64,000 nucleotides of DNA. It comes from Myxococcota bacterium. GTDB taxonomy: Bacteria > Myxococcota > UBA4151. The first letter of the stretch is position 1. Each line of letters begins with the position of its first letter. The stretch spans positions 59,625-123,624 of the forward strand of contig JAYZBQ010000076.1 of the NCBI GenBank assembly GCA_036338695.1, read 5' to 3'. Shown one piece after another: positions 55,648-64,000 of the stretch. The notes under the pieces are model-generated. The model searched no databases. It was not told the origin of the DNA and saw nothing but the letters and a program-made list of their open reading frames with translations. A program made the position numbers and the translations under genes.

Positions 55648-56919
55648 TTAGGGCAGGTTTGGCGAGATCAAGAGCGTGTAGTCGCCGCGACCAAACCAGC
55701 TGAAGTGGCTGATGCGCAGGCGATAGGTGCCGGGATCTAGGCTCTCAAAAGCCATGAGGCAGTTGCTGTTTTCGCCCGAGTCATCATCTTGCGCGGTCGC
55801 ACGATCGCTGTCTCGAGTGATCTCGCAGCGGGTATCGGTCTCACCCGTGGTCCAGATGGTCAGCGGGCTCGCCTCCGTCAGCTCGAAGACGAACCAGTCA
55901 AAGTCTCGTGCGCCGCCGAGGCGGCCGAAGATGCGGCTGCTCGGCTGCACGCGCTGAGCTTGCTCGGCGCGGTTTGGAAAGTCTTGGCTCTCGCGCAGCT
56001 CCAGCACGCCCGGCTCTTGGGGCTCGGGGTCCGGCTCGTTTTCCGGTTCGGGTCGGTTCTCGGGCTCTTGCTCTGGTTCCGGCTCGGCGTCAGGTGTTTC
56101 CTGGCGCTCGGGCGGCGTCACCGGCGCGTCGGGCGAGCCGTTGTTGCCGTTCTCGGCTCGAGGCGGCGCAAACAAGACCATGAGCGGCGAGTTGCGCAGC
56201 GGGATGGTGAACGCGCGTTGACCGGTCCAGTCAGGGAAGTCGTCGGTTCGCCATGCGACCTGATAGCGCCCTGCAGCCAGGGCGTCGAGCTCGAGGTCGA
56301 CCGGCAGGTCGGGGTTGTCCAGCGTCTCCGTCTGCAGCACCTCACCGTCTGCGGAGAGGATCACGATCTCGGCGTGCGATAAGCCGTCGCAGTTGCAACC
56401 GACGCGCACCGGAAGCGGCTCTTCAGTCGTCGGCGCTTCGAGCTGCTCGGGCGCGTCCGTAAGGGCGAGCTCGATCTGATTATCTTGTGGGTCGAGCATG
56501 AGCATGCCGGTGACGATCAGGTCCTCGGCGCCTGGGTTGATCCAGTCAAACGGGGCGCGATCGAGCACGGCGCGCACGGTGACCACTTGAGGCTCGAGAC
56601 CCTCAAAGCGGACGCGCTCTGGAAAGGTCGGGTTGTCCCTTTCTTGGACGTCGAGGGTCCAGCCCCAGGCGTTTTCACCCGCGAACAAGGCGACGCTGAG
56701 GCGGCCGTCGGTGGGCTCGTCGGTGTTGACGACCACCGTAAGCCCTGCGCCGGAAGCTTCTGGCGTTTGCTCGGGTGCGGGTTCGGGCTCGGGCTGCGCG
56801 GCGCGCTCGGGCATGCGATTGGCTGGACGGAAGCTGTTGTCCGCGACGCTGTCGGTCGGTTCACCGCAGGCTGCAAGGAGGACGGCTAAGCCGAGGAGAT
56901 GATGCGGCTGGGTCTTCAT
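55648..56919 (-). CDS. Lipoprotein with beta-sandwich domains, PE linker and C-terminal PPC-like domain
   Basis: Lipobox LAAC; DFDWFVF, DDDSGE, LDPGTYRLRI...GDYTL. Confidence 0.8.
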   Translation of the reverse strand: MKTQPHHLLGLAVLLAACGEPTDSVADNSFRPANRMPERAAQPEPEPAPEQTPEASGAGLTVVVNTDEPTDGRLSVALFAGENAWGWTLDVQERDNPTFPERVRFEGLEPQVVTVRAVLDRAPFDWINPGAEDLIVTGMLMLDPQDNQIELALTDAPEQLEAPTTEEPLPVRVGCNCDGLSHAEIVILSADGEVLQTETLDNPDLPVDLELDALAAGRYQVAWRTDDFPDWTGQRAFTIPLRNSPLMVLFAPPRAENGNNGSPDAPVTPPERQETPDAEPEPEQEPENRPEPENEPDPEPQEPGVLELRESQDFPNRAEQAQRVQPSSRIFGRLGGARDFDWFVFELTEASPLTIWTTGETDTRCEITRDSDRATAQDDDSGENSNCLMAFESLDPGTYRLRISHFSWFGRGDYTLLISPNLP

Positions 56920-56933
56920 CGGACGGCCCCTTT

Positions 56934-57923
56934 CTAGTTGTTGGCGACGCTCTGGAAGTCGAATCCAAGCGTCATGTTTTCTTGGTTGCGGACCGAGCCG
57001 GCGAAGGCCGAGTAGGGCCGGAAGCCGAAGTCACGGTGGGTAATTCCGAGCTCGCCGCGCAGGTACAGGACGCCATCGATCAGGCGGTATTGCATGTTCA
57101 TCTGGACCGCTTTGCTGACGCCGCGGATGGTCAGGCGACCGTCGATCGTCATGGTGCCGCGGTCGGCGTCTGCGCCACTGCAGCGCTCGCCCTCAAAGGT
57201 CATCGTCCGGTGGGCGTTAATGTTGAGCTGATTGTCGGCGAGCATGTGCCCGCGAATCTCGGCGCGTTGGTTGTCGCTGATCTCGTCGTTGTAGCCCACT
57301 CGGCGGCGCATCTGAGGTTCATCGACGACGAGCCCCTCGACGGGAAGCGTCAGGCTCACCCGGCAGTCGGTTCCGGCGCCGTTGCGCGTGAGCTCGCCGG
57401 TCCAGTTGGTCGAACGGATGGCGTGGTTGTGTGCGAAGCGCGCCCCGAGCGTGTTGTTGTCCTTGAAGACTTGGACGTACAGTAGGCTCTGCTCGTCGTT
57501 GAAGCGGTAGCTGCCTTGAACACCTGTGAGCGGCGGGTCTTCGGCCTCTGGCTCCGGCTCGGGTTCGGGCTCCGGTTCCGGCTCGGGGTCCTCGCTCGGT
57601 GGATCTCGCTCGTCATCGACGGGGTCAGCGGGCTCGGGCGCAGGTGTCTGCTCATCGCGACCCGGCTCAGGCGTCTCTTCGCGGCGCTCTGCTGAGGGCT
57701 CAGGGACATAGACGCGCCGACCGGTCGAGGTCGCCGATCGGTTCTCAGGGGCGGGTTCACTAGCGGGCGGATCCGTTGGCTCGTCGGCCCACGGGTCGAT
57801 CTCACGGACACCAAAGCTCTCGTCGGTCGAAACAGGTTCGACCTGAGACGAGGGCGCCTCGCTACAAGCTGCAAAACACAGCGTCAACGCAAGCAGCCGA
57901 ACGGAATGAGCGAAAATGGTCAT
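56934..57923 (-). CDS. YceI-family lipid/polyisoprenoid-binding lipoprotein with a long PE-rich linker
   Basis: GGAGG RBS, lipobox FAAC, (PE)n tract, GRLTIRGVSK, DFGFRPYS YceI-type motifs. Confidence 0.85.
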   Translation of the reverse strand: MTIFAHSVRLLALTLCFAACSEAPSSQVEPVSTDESFGVREIDPWADEPTDPPASEPAPENRSATSTGRRVYVPEPSAERREETPEPGRDEQTPAPEPADPVDDERDPPSEDPEPEPEPEPEPEPEAEDPPLTGVQGSYRFNDEQSLLYVQVFKDNNTLGARFAHNHAIRSTNWTGELTRNGAGTDCRVSLTLPVEGLVVDEPQMRRRVGYNDEISDNQRAEIRGHMLADNQLNINAHRTMTFEGERCSGADADRGTMTIDGRLTIRGVSKAVQMNMQYRLIDGVLYLRGELGITHRDFGFRPYSAFAGSVRNQENMTLGFDFQSVANN

Positions 57924-58183
57924 CGGAGCCTCCAAGGTAACTAAATATCAACTCATAAGTAGATTATTGCTAAGTCCCTCTATATTCCTTTCGTCTCGGG
58001 GGTAAACGTCAATCGACCGATGGGGTGGATAAAAAACGATTTGGTCGTTTGTAAGGCGGCCGGAAGGAGCGGTTTTTCGGGGAGTTTGATGAACGCAAGG
58101 CCGGGCGGCCACGGGACTTAGACTCGACGAGTCACCGTGCGGTTCTTGGCGAATTTGTGGTGTGCGCAAGATTTTATAAGTGA

Positions 58184-58843
58184 CGTACGCTGTGCCTGAT
58201 CGCTGGGATCGGCGGCGCTGGCTGCGCGATCTGGGTAATGACGCCATCGCTCGATAATGGGTCGGCTCCTGTGAGCGATGCGCGGGTGCGGCAGGACGCT
58301 GCCAGGGCTGATTCGGCGGCCTTTGACAGCGTTGCGTTGCGTCGCTGAGAGCGTTGCGGGCGACGTCCTCGACGACGATGAGGACTCCGGTGCGGGTACA
58401 AACTGCCGCGTGCGCTTTGACCTGGCGCCCGGCGCCAAGGCGCGTCCTGCACATCAAGCCAAGACTGCTCCGGCGGTACCACCTGTCTGGCGGGACGCTG
58501 TCTGAGCCGGGAGCAGCAATGCGACTCAGGCGCTCAGAGCGTCTGTTGAGAGGCTTGACGGTGCAGTTTACTCAGTTGGGGGCTCGATCAAGGGGTGTGC
58601 GGTCTGCAGGAGCCCAACCCGGGCTCGGCAGGGGCGCCTTGCGATAAGAGCACGCAGTGTGTCGATGGGTCCATCTGCCTGACCTTGCGCCGGGGCGAGC
58701 AGCCGTCGACCTGTCACGCCTTATGCCGCCCGCTTGAGGGGGGCGGGGGCTGCCCACGCAACACCCGCTGCACGGGTTTGCCCGAATTATCGAACGGGCA
58801 AGTGGTCAGCGACTGGGGCTTGTGTGTTCCGGCGGTGCGCTAG
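58184..58843 (+). pseudogene. Disrupted Cys-rich (lipo)protein gene
   Basis: The frame of ORF 58595 continues upstream as GASCTSSQDCSGGTTCLAGRC and a signal-like LCLIAGIGGAGC, broken by TGA at 58346, 58379, 58418, 58547 and 58556. Confidence 0.65.
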
Positions 58844-58844
58844 C

Positions 58845-59534
58845 TCAAGGGCTGGGCGGGTCGCTCGACTCGTCGCAGTTCAAGGACTTGATCGGCTGGC
58901 CTAAGCACGAACCGGCTTCTGCGCCAAGAGGCTCACCGCGCACCGTCCAATAGGTTGCGCCCGGGCCGCGTTTGCCCTGCTGAAACGAGACCGCGCATCG
59001 CCGCTGACCGCTGTCGTACCACTCGGTCCATGGTCCTTCGCGCCGGCCCTGGTGGTACCTGCCCTTGGAGCGCAACTGACCGCTTGGAAACCAGGTTATC
59101 TGTTCGCCATGAAGGGCGCAGCCGATGTAGCCCTCCGTCTTTGAGCGGCGACCGTTTGGGTACCAGAACCGATGCGCCCCCATCGCTTTGCCGTTGGTGT
59201 AGGCCCCCTCCTGGCGTGGCGAGCCGCTCGCATACCATGTTTTCCACGGCCCGCTCTTGTTGCCTTGGACCATGCGACCCTGACTGCGGCGTCGCCCGTT
59301 GTCGTGCCAATAGGTCCAGACCCCCTCGGCCTCTCCGCGTTTAAAGCGTCCGTCGCTCCGGCGCTCACCGCTTTCATGCCAGGTGGTCCAGCGCCCGTGA
59401 CGCAGACCGTCACGGAGCGCGCCGCGCTGCTTGAGCTGTCCGTTTGGGTGATAGCTTTGATGCTCGGCTTGCTGGGCGCACCCGAGCGTACAGGCCAGCG
59501 CCGCCGCTGCAAGAGCCCGTCTAGTCGTCATCAT
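58845..59534 (-). CDS. MORN-variant (YwqK-like) repeat lipoprotein
   Basis: Lipobox TLGC; about seven repeats of type HG.W..W..NG...S.G.Y..G. Confidence 0.88.
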   Translation of the reverse strand: MMTTRRALAAAALACTLGCAQQAEHQSYHPNGQLKQRGALRDGLRHGRWTTWHESGERRSDGRFKRGEAEGVWTYWHDNGRRRSQGRMVQGNKSGPWKTWYASGSPRQEGAYTNGKAMGAHRFWYPNGRRSKTEGYIGCALHGEQITWFPSGQLRSKGRYHQGRREGPWTEWYDSGQRRCAVSFQQGKRGPGATYWTVRGEPLGAEAGSCLGQPIKSLNCDESSDPPSP

Positions 59535-60231
59535 CCCAGCATTGTTGATATGCCTCCGGGCAGGCTCGCTGACCGCAGGCCATGTCGATGCAGCGGGCGT
59601 TCATCATGCACTGCGTCAGGATGGCTGCGTTCTCGGTGCTCTCTTCTCGGACGCGCTCGAGGCAGCCGTTGAAGCACATGGTGTTTGCGCCGCAGGCGTT
59701 CACGCATCGGATCATATCGGCGCAGGTGTAGCGCGCTCGTGTCGGCATGCCGGCGTCTCCAGTCGTTGGCGGAGGCGTCTCTCCGCCCGCTTCGCCGCAC
59801 GCTCTCGCCTGCTCTTGGCAATTCATCATGACGCAGTTTGGGTCGACGCAGCCGTGCTCCCGTGAGCACGCCAGCGCAGCTTCGGTTACCTCGCGGTTGC
59901 GCGGCAGCGTCGCGTTGAGGCAGCCCTCAAAGCAGGGCTCATCGGTACATCCAAAGCTACACTGGAGCGCCTCAATGCAGCTCCCCGCTCCCCCGATCAA
60001 CCCGGGGCCGCCCGCTTCAGGGGGCTCCACCTGAGCGTCGCGCAAGCCGCCTACGTCGGTAAAGCCTGCATCTCGATCGGCACCGTTCGTATCGGGCGTA
60101 GCAATGCCTGCGTCCGCAGCAGGCGCTGCGGACGCAGCATCGACTGGTTGAGCCGGCGGCTCAGGAGACTCAGCGCAGCCGATACACCAACTCACCACAA
60201 GGATCCAACCAACCGAGTAACCTGTCCGCAT
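59521..60231 (-). CDS. Lipoprotein with two copies of a 10-Cys module
   Basis: Lipobox CIGC, DAG linker, two approx. 62-aa modules with near-identical Cys spacing. Confidence 0.8.
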   Translation of the reverse strand: MRTGYSVGWILVVSWCIGCAESPEPPAQPVDAASAAPAADAGIATPDTNGADRDAGFTDVGGLRDAQVEPPEAGGPGLIGGAGSCIEALQCSFGCTDEPCFEGCLNATLPRNREVTEAALACSREHGCVDPNCVMMNCQEQARACGEAGGETPPPTTGDAGMPTRARYTCADMIRCVNACGANTMCFNGCLERVREESTENAAILTQCMMNARCIDMACGQRACPEAYQQCWDDDD

Positions 60232-60319
60232 CACAAACCCTCCGCGTCGTCACCTCTGACTTTAGTACAAAAGCGGCGGGGAGTATATGTTTAGGTCGTA
60301 TTTTTGATGATAAATCGAC

Positions 60320-61288
60320 CTAATCGACCATTGAGATCACCAGTTTACCGACCGTACGCTGGCTGCGGCTACGCTCGAACGCCGCGCCGATGCGATCGAG
60401 CGGATAGACCTCCTCGATCACCGGATTCAGCGCGCCTTGATCGATCAACGTGCGCAGCTGCGCCAGGTCGGCCGCGCTTGGCGCAACGAAGACCGCGTGG
60501 CTCGTTTGGTGGCGCATCGGGTTGAACCAGCTGCTCACGCTCGTGCTGACCAGCTTGACGATGTTGAGGTAGACACCGCCACGCGCCATCTGGTGGCGGA
60601 CGGTGCGCAGGCTGTGATGACCGACGACGTCGAACCAGACGTCGACCGTGAGGTCCTCGGCGAGCAGGTTGTGCGTTTGGTAGTCGATGACTTCATCGCA
60701 GCCCGCTTGGCGCGCGGCGCCTTGGTTGGCGGCGCTGCAGACCCCTACGACGTAGGCGCCGAGCGCCTTGGAAAGCTGAACAGCGATCAAGCCCACGCCG
60801 CCGGAGCAGCCGTTGACTAAGACGCGCTGTCCGGGCTTGAGCTGCGCGTGGTGTACCAGGCTCTGGTATGCTGTCAGCCCCACGAGCGGTAAACTCGCCG
60901 CCTCCTCGAAGCTGAGCTGCGCCGGCATGGCGTCGACGAGCTCGCTGGCGCAGCGCGTGACCTCGGCGTGGGCACCAGGTGTCCGGCGAAGTTTGCGGAT
61001 CTCGGTCAGCCCCCAGACTCGGTCCCCAGGTCGAAAGTCACTGGACGGGTCCGACTCGAGCACGACCCCTGCGAAGTCGCCGCCTAGGATGGGCGGGGGC
61101 GTGCGACCGAACAAGATGCGCAGATCACCGCGCAGGATTTTCCAATCGACCGGGTTGATCGAGCTGGCGTGGACTTGGATCAGCAGCTCGCCGGGCTGCC
61201 GCTTAGGCCGCGCAGTCTGCCGAATGTCGAGCGCATCGGCGCCGCCGTAGCGCGTGCACAGGGAGGCTTTCATCATGTGCTCGTTCAT
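60320..61288 (-). CDS. NAD(P)-dependent MDR oxidoreductase (quinone oxidoreductase-like)
   Basis: SINPVDWK, GGDFAGVV, AASLPLVGLTAYQSL, NGCSGGVG, GKLVI; ATGA overlap with the upstream gene. Confidence 0.92.
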   Translation of the reverse strand: MNEHMMKASLCTRYGGADALDIRQTARPKRQPGELLIQVHASSINPVDWKILRGDLRILFGRTPPPILGGDFAGVVLESDPSSDFRPGDRVWGLTEIRKLRRTPGAHAEVTRCASELVDAMPAQLSFEEAASLPLVGLTAYQSLVHHAQLKPGQRVLVNGCSGGVGLIAVQLSKALGAYVVGVCSAANQGAARQAGCDEVIDYQTHNLLAEDLTVDVWFDVVGHHSLRTVRHQMARGGVYLNIVKLVSTSVSSWFNPMRHQTSHAVFVAPSAADLAQLRTLIDQGALNPVIEEVYPLDRIGAAFERSRSQRTVGKLVISMVD

Positions 61289-62100
61289 GCGGTCTCCTGG
61301 CGGCGTAAGCGCATCGGAATCAGCACGAACCCCATACTCGCCCAGACCGCAAGGCTGAAGTAGAGGGACTGCCACACCATGGGATAACGCCAGCGCTCAT
61401 AGGTCCCGGTGATCGTGACCTGTTGCAGGTCCCGGAGCCCGTCACTGAGGCTCAGATAGGAGGCGCCGGCCGCCTCCTTTGCTTGCCAGAGTCGATAGTA
61501 GTTCGGCACATCGATGAACCCCATGAACAGAATGTACGCCACGCATCCAGCGATGGTGAGGTCGAGCCACCGCCGGCTGCTTTGGCTCACGCCCTGGCGG
61601 CACAGCCACAGCCCACCGCTGAGCAGCAGCGCGCTGAGCGTCCACAGGCTCTCCTCGAGCGTTTGACCGATGTAGTTGGTGGTGAGCACGCCATACCACG
61701 CGCAGCACTGGGCGAGCGTGATCAACGGCAGGATCGGTGCGCTCAGCAGCCGCACGCTCGGCCGCTGTGCGCGCCGCCCAAAGTACACCAAAAGCAGAAC
61801 CCACTGCGCCACGAAGGCGAGCTCGGCGACGGTGGCGATGGAGCGACCGATGAGGATGCTCGAGAGCCAGGAGTCGACGAGCCCAAAACGGGCGACGTCG
61901 CTGCGCGGGATCAGGCACCGTGAGGCGCAGCCTAGGGTGTAGATCGCGCACAAGCTCAGCGAGAGCCGCTCGAGCCGGTCCGGTTGCGCCGCCCGCACCC
62001 AGCGATGCAGCCGTAGCAGCAGGGCGATGTTAACCGCCGCGAGCGCGCACATGCCAACCCACCACCAAGCGACTATCGGCGCTGCATCTTGTGCCAGCAT
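61285..62100 (-). CDS. Polytopic membrane protein of unknown function
   Basis: About seven hydrophobic segments; AAGGAG RBS; GRSIATVAEL.FVAQW and EESLW polar motifs. Confidence 0.75.
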   Translation of the reverse strand: MLAQDAAPIVAWWWVGMCALAAVNIALLLRLHRWVRAAQPDRLERLSLSLCAIYTLGCASRCLIPRSDVARFGLVDSWLSSILIGRSIATVAELAFVAQWVLLLVYFGRRAQRPSVRLLSAPILPLITLAQCCAWYGVLTTNYIGQTLEESLWTLSALLLSGGLWLCRQGVSQSSRRWLDLTIAGCVAYILFMGFIDVPNYYRLWQAKEAAGASYLSLSDGLRDLQQVTITGTYERWRYPMVWQSLYFSLAVWASMGFVLIPMRLRRQETA

Positions 62101-62193
62101 GATGCTCCTTGAAAGCAGCTAACCATGGCTCCGCCGCATCTTGCAATCGGGCGCCGCCTGAAGGATCCTAATCGCTGCGAAAGAGAGCGTCTC

Positions 62194-64000
62194 GTGAAGC
62201 GATCGATCATTGGCCTTGTGTTGTTGAGCGGCATCTCGGCGTGCCTGACCGAAGGGGCGCTGCCCGAGCTGCCGGCGCCGAGCGCCTCAGAGGCGCTCCC
62301 GAGCAGCCTTCAGATCCGTGTCTCGGACCCGGATCGCCCCTTTGATGAGGCCTGGGAGGTGACAGGGCAGACGCAGTGGGTGGAGCTTGAGGTGGAGGTG
62401 CGCGGCGCGGTGCCGGGTCAGACCGAGTCGCTGCTCGCCGACGAGACCATCAACTTTACCTTTGAGAACGCGCGCGCCGCCACGACGCGTGCTGTGGGCT
62501 TAGACCAAGGCAGCTCGTGCGTGAGCGACGACCAGGGGCGCTGCCGTCTGGCGGTTCGTGTGGGCACGGAGCCTGGCGATTGGGTGGTGCGCGCCACCGC
62601 TTTGCGTCAGCCCGACGTCTACGCTGAGCAGCACCTGATCGTGGGGCTGGGTGATCGGCGGCGGATCACGCTGGAGGCGCCTGGGCTGCCCTTGCGTTTA
62701 TGGAACGGATCGCTGCCGCATCCGTGGCAGCGCGACGAGATCATCTTGGCGCAGAGCGAGCCGGACGGCGGCGACCTCACCCTGATGGTTCATGATCAAT
62801 ACGACAACCCGGTCGCTGATCTCGGCGTCACGCTCTCAGTGCGCGCGCTGGGCGCGCCGCGAAGCGACGACGCCGGACCTGGTATGGACGCAGGACCCGC
62901 TATGGACGCAGGCGCCGAGCCCCTGGATGCGGCCGTCGTCGACGCCACCGGCTCGGACGCTTCGGGTGCGCCAGAGGCTGGCGTGCGCGACGCAGGGCGG
63001 GTGGACGGCGGTGGGCCAGTTGGGCGCGACGGCTGCGTCTTTGCGGCTTGTCTTGGGCAGGGCGCGACGGCGAGCGTTCAAGGTGTCACCGACGGTGAGG
63101 GGCGCTTGAGCGTGCGCATTCAGCCCGGCGCATCCGCCGGGCGGTTTATCCTCGAGCTAAGGTTTGCCCCCCCTGAAGACGACGCCTCGCTCCCCGCCGT
63201 GAGCTTGAGCGGAAAGACCTACCAGCGTCTCGCTGCGGAGGTGCGAGCGGAAGGTGAGGCGATCTGTTTTCCAGCCGACACCGTGCGGGGTGCTCGCGTG
63301 CGCGTCCTCGACGCGCTCGTGTATGGGGTGCCGAACGTGCCGCTTCAGGTGATCGCCGAGGGGCTCTTCGCCGCCAGCGCAGCGCCGACCGATGACACCG
63401 GAGCGACGCAGGTGACGGCGCGGTGTCCGTCGCAGCCTCCCGGCGTCAACGAGGCGCTCACCTTGCGGGTCGTGCTCGTGGATCAGCCCGAGTTGCAGGT
63501 GGACTTAGAGGTCGGGTTCGATACAGCCGCTCCGGATCGCATCACCTATCTCCCGACCCGGGTCGGCGAGACCCAGATCGTGGCTGGGAGCGTCTCGCCG
63601 TTGCGCCTGCGCGTCACCGATCGAAACGACTTCCCCGTACCGGGGGCGCTGATCCGCGCCCAGCCTTTGAGCCCTTCGGATTTGGGGCGTTTATCCTTTC
63701 GAGACGGTGACCGGTTCGTCGTCACTCAAGATCTCGAGACCGACGCAGCTGGTGAGGTGATCGTGCAGGTCCGCCCGATGGGCGCGCGCACGCAGCCCGA
63801 GTATCCGGTGCAGCTGCGCGTGGCCGCTGCGCAATTCGACGAGGTGCGCACCGAGATCCCGATCCACGTGCTCGGTGGCACGCCGCAGCGGGTGCAGGTG
63901 GTCCGGGGTCAGGATATGCAGCTCTTGACCGGGCAAGGCGGGGCGCTGGTGACCGTGCGCGTGGACGACGGTCAGGACAACCCGATCGGCAACGTCCAGG
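62194..64000 (+). CDS. Large lipoprotein with invasin/intimin-type Ig-like (Big_1) repeats, runs off the window (absent from the ORF track)
   Basis: Manual translation MKRSIIGLVLLSGISAC...; frame stays open to 64000; repeats VHDQYDNPV, VTDRNDFPVPG, VDDGQDNPIG and TDGEG/TDDTG/TDAAG. Confidence 0.8.
   Translation, partial: MKRSIIGLVLLSGISACLTEGALPELPAPSASEALPSSLQIRVSDPDRPFDEAWEVTGQTQWVELEVEVRGAVPGQTESLLADETINFTFENARAATTRAVGLDQGSSCVSDDQGRCRLAVRVGTEPGDWVVRATALRQPDVYAEQHLIVGLGDRRRITLEAPGLPLRLWNGSLPHPWQRDEIILAQSEPDGGDLTLMVHDQYDNPVADLGVTLSVRALGAPRSDDAGPGMDAGPAMDAGAEPLDAAVVDATGSDASGAPEAGVRDAGRVDGGGPVGRDGCVFAACLGQGATASVQGVTDGEGRLSVRIQPGASAGRFILELRFAPPEDDASLPAVSLSGKTYQRLAAEVRAEGEAICFPADTVRGARVRVLDALVYGVPNVPLQVIAEGLFAASAAPTDDTGATQVTARCPSQPPGVNEALTLRVVLVDQPELQVDLEVGFDTAAPDRITYLPTRVGETQIVAGSVSPLRLRVTDRNDFPVPGALIRAQPLSPSDLGRLSFRDGDRFVVTQDLETDAAGEVIVQVRPMGARTQPEYPVQLRVAAAQFDEVRTEIPIHVLGGTPQRVQVVRGQDMQLLTGQGGALVTVRVDDGQDNPIGNVQ

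Noticed and set aside
57540..57600. Short tandem repeats here and at 39586-39632 as CRISPR or VNTR
   Set aside because: They are degenerate codon repeats encoding (PE)n and poly-Gly linkers; no repeat-spacer structure
1..64000. rRNA, tRNA, CRISPR arrays, integrases or transposases
   Set aside because: None recognised by eye; tRNAscan-SE and Infernal runs would be needed to exclude small RNAs formally

Overview
High-GC window from a delta-proteobacterial-type organism, most likely Myxococcota-like (TIGR04551-like barrel, many Cys-rich and MORN-variant lipoproteins). Bases 1-32.5 kb hold an intact-looking flagellar supercluster: fliL-M-N-O-P-Q-R, flhB-A-F-G, fliA, fliJ, flgF-G-A-H-I-J-M-N-K-L, csrA, fliW, four short flagellins, fliD, fliS, flaG, a fliT-like gene, a Maf glycosyltransferase, pseB-pseC and a PilZ gene. 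Its regulation is readable in the DNA: one sigma54 site, candidate variant sigma28 sites and GGA-loop (CsrA-type) hairpins in every flagellin leader. Bases 32.5-45.8 kb are mostly housekeeping (mce, argH, LptM-like lipoprotein, dapA, dapB, folK, ABC-F, ApbE-like, glmU, glmS). After glmS come a lower-GC islet and about 18 kb of mostly uncharacterised envelope genes. Best novelty candidates: a strand-rearranged PilZ domain, an orphan CsrA-type leader with a mini-ORF after fliS, a paralogous beta-barrel pair with a 24-aa membrane peptide, and a seven-gene all-exported operon. All calls come from motif recognition by eye; no searches were run.
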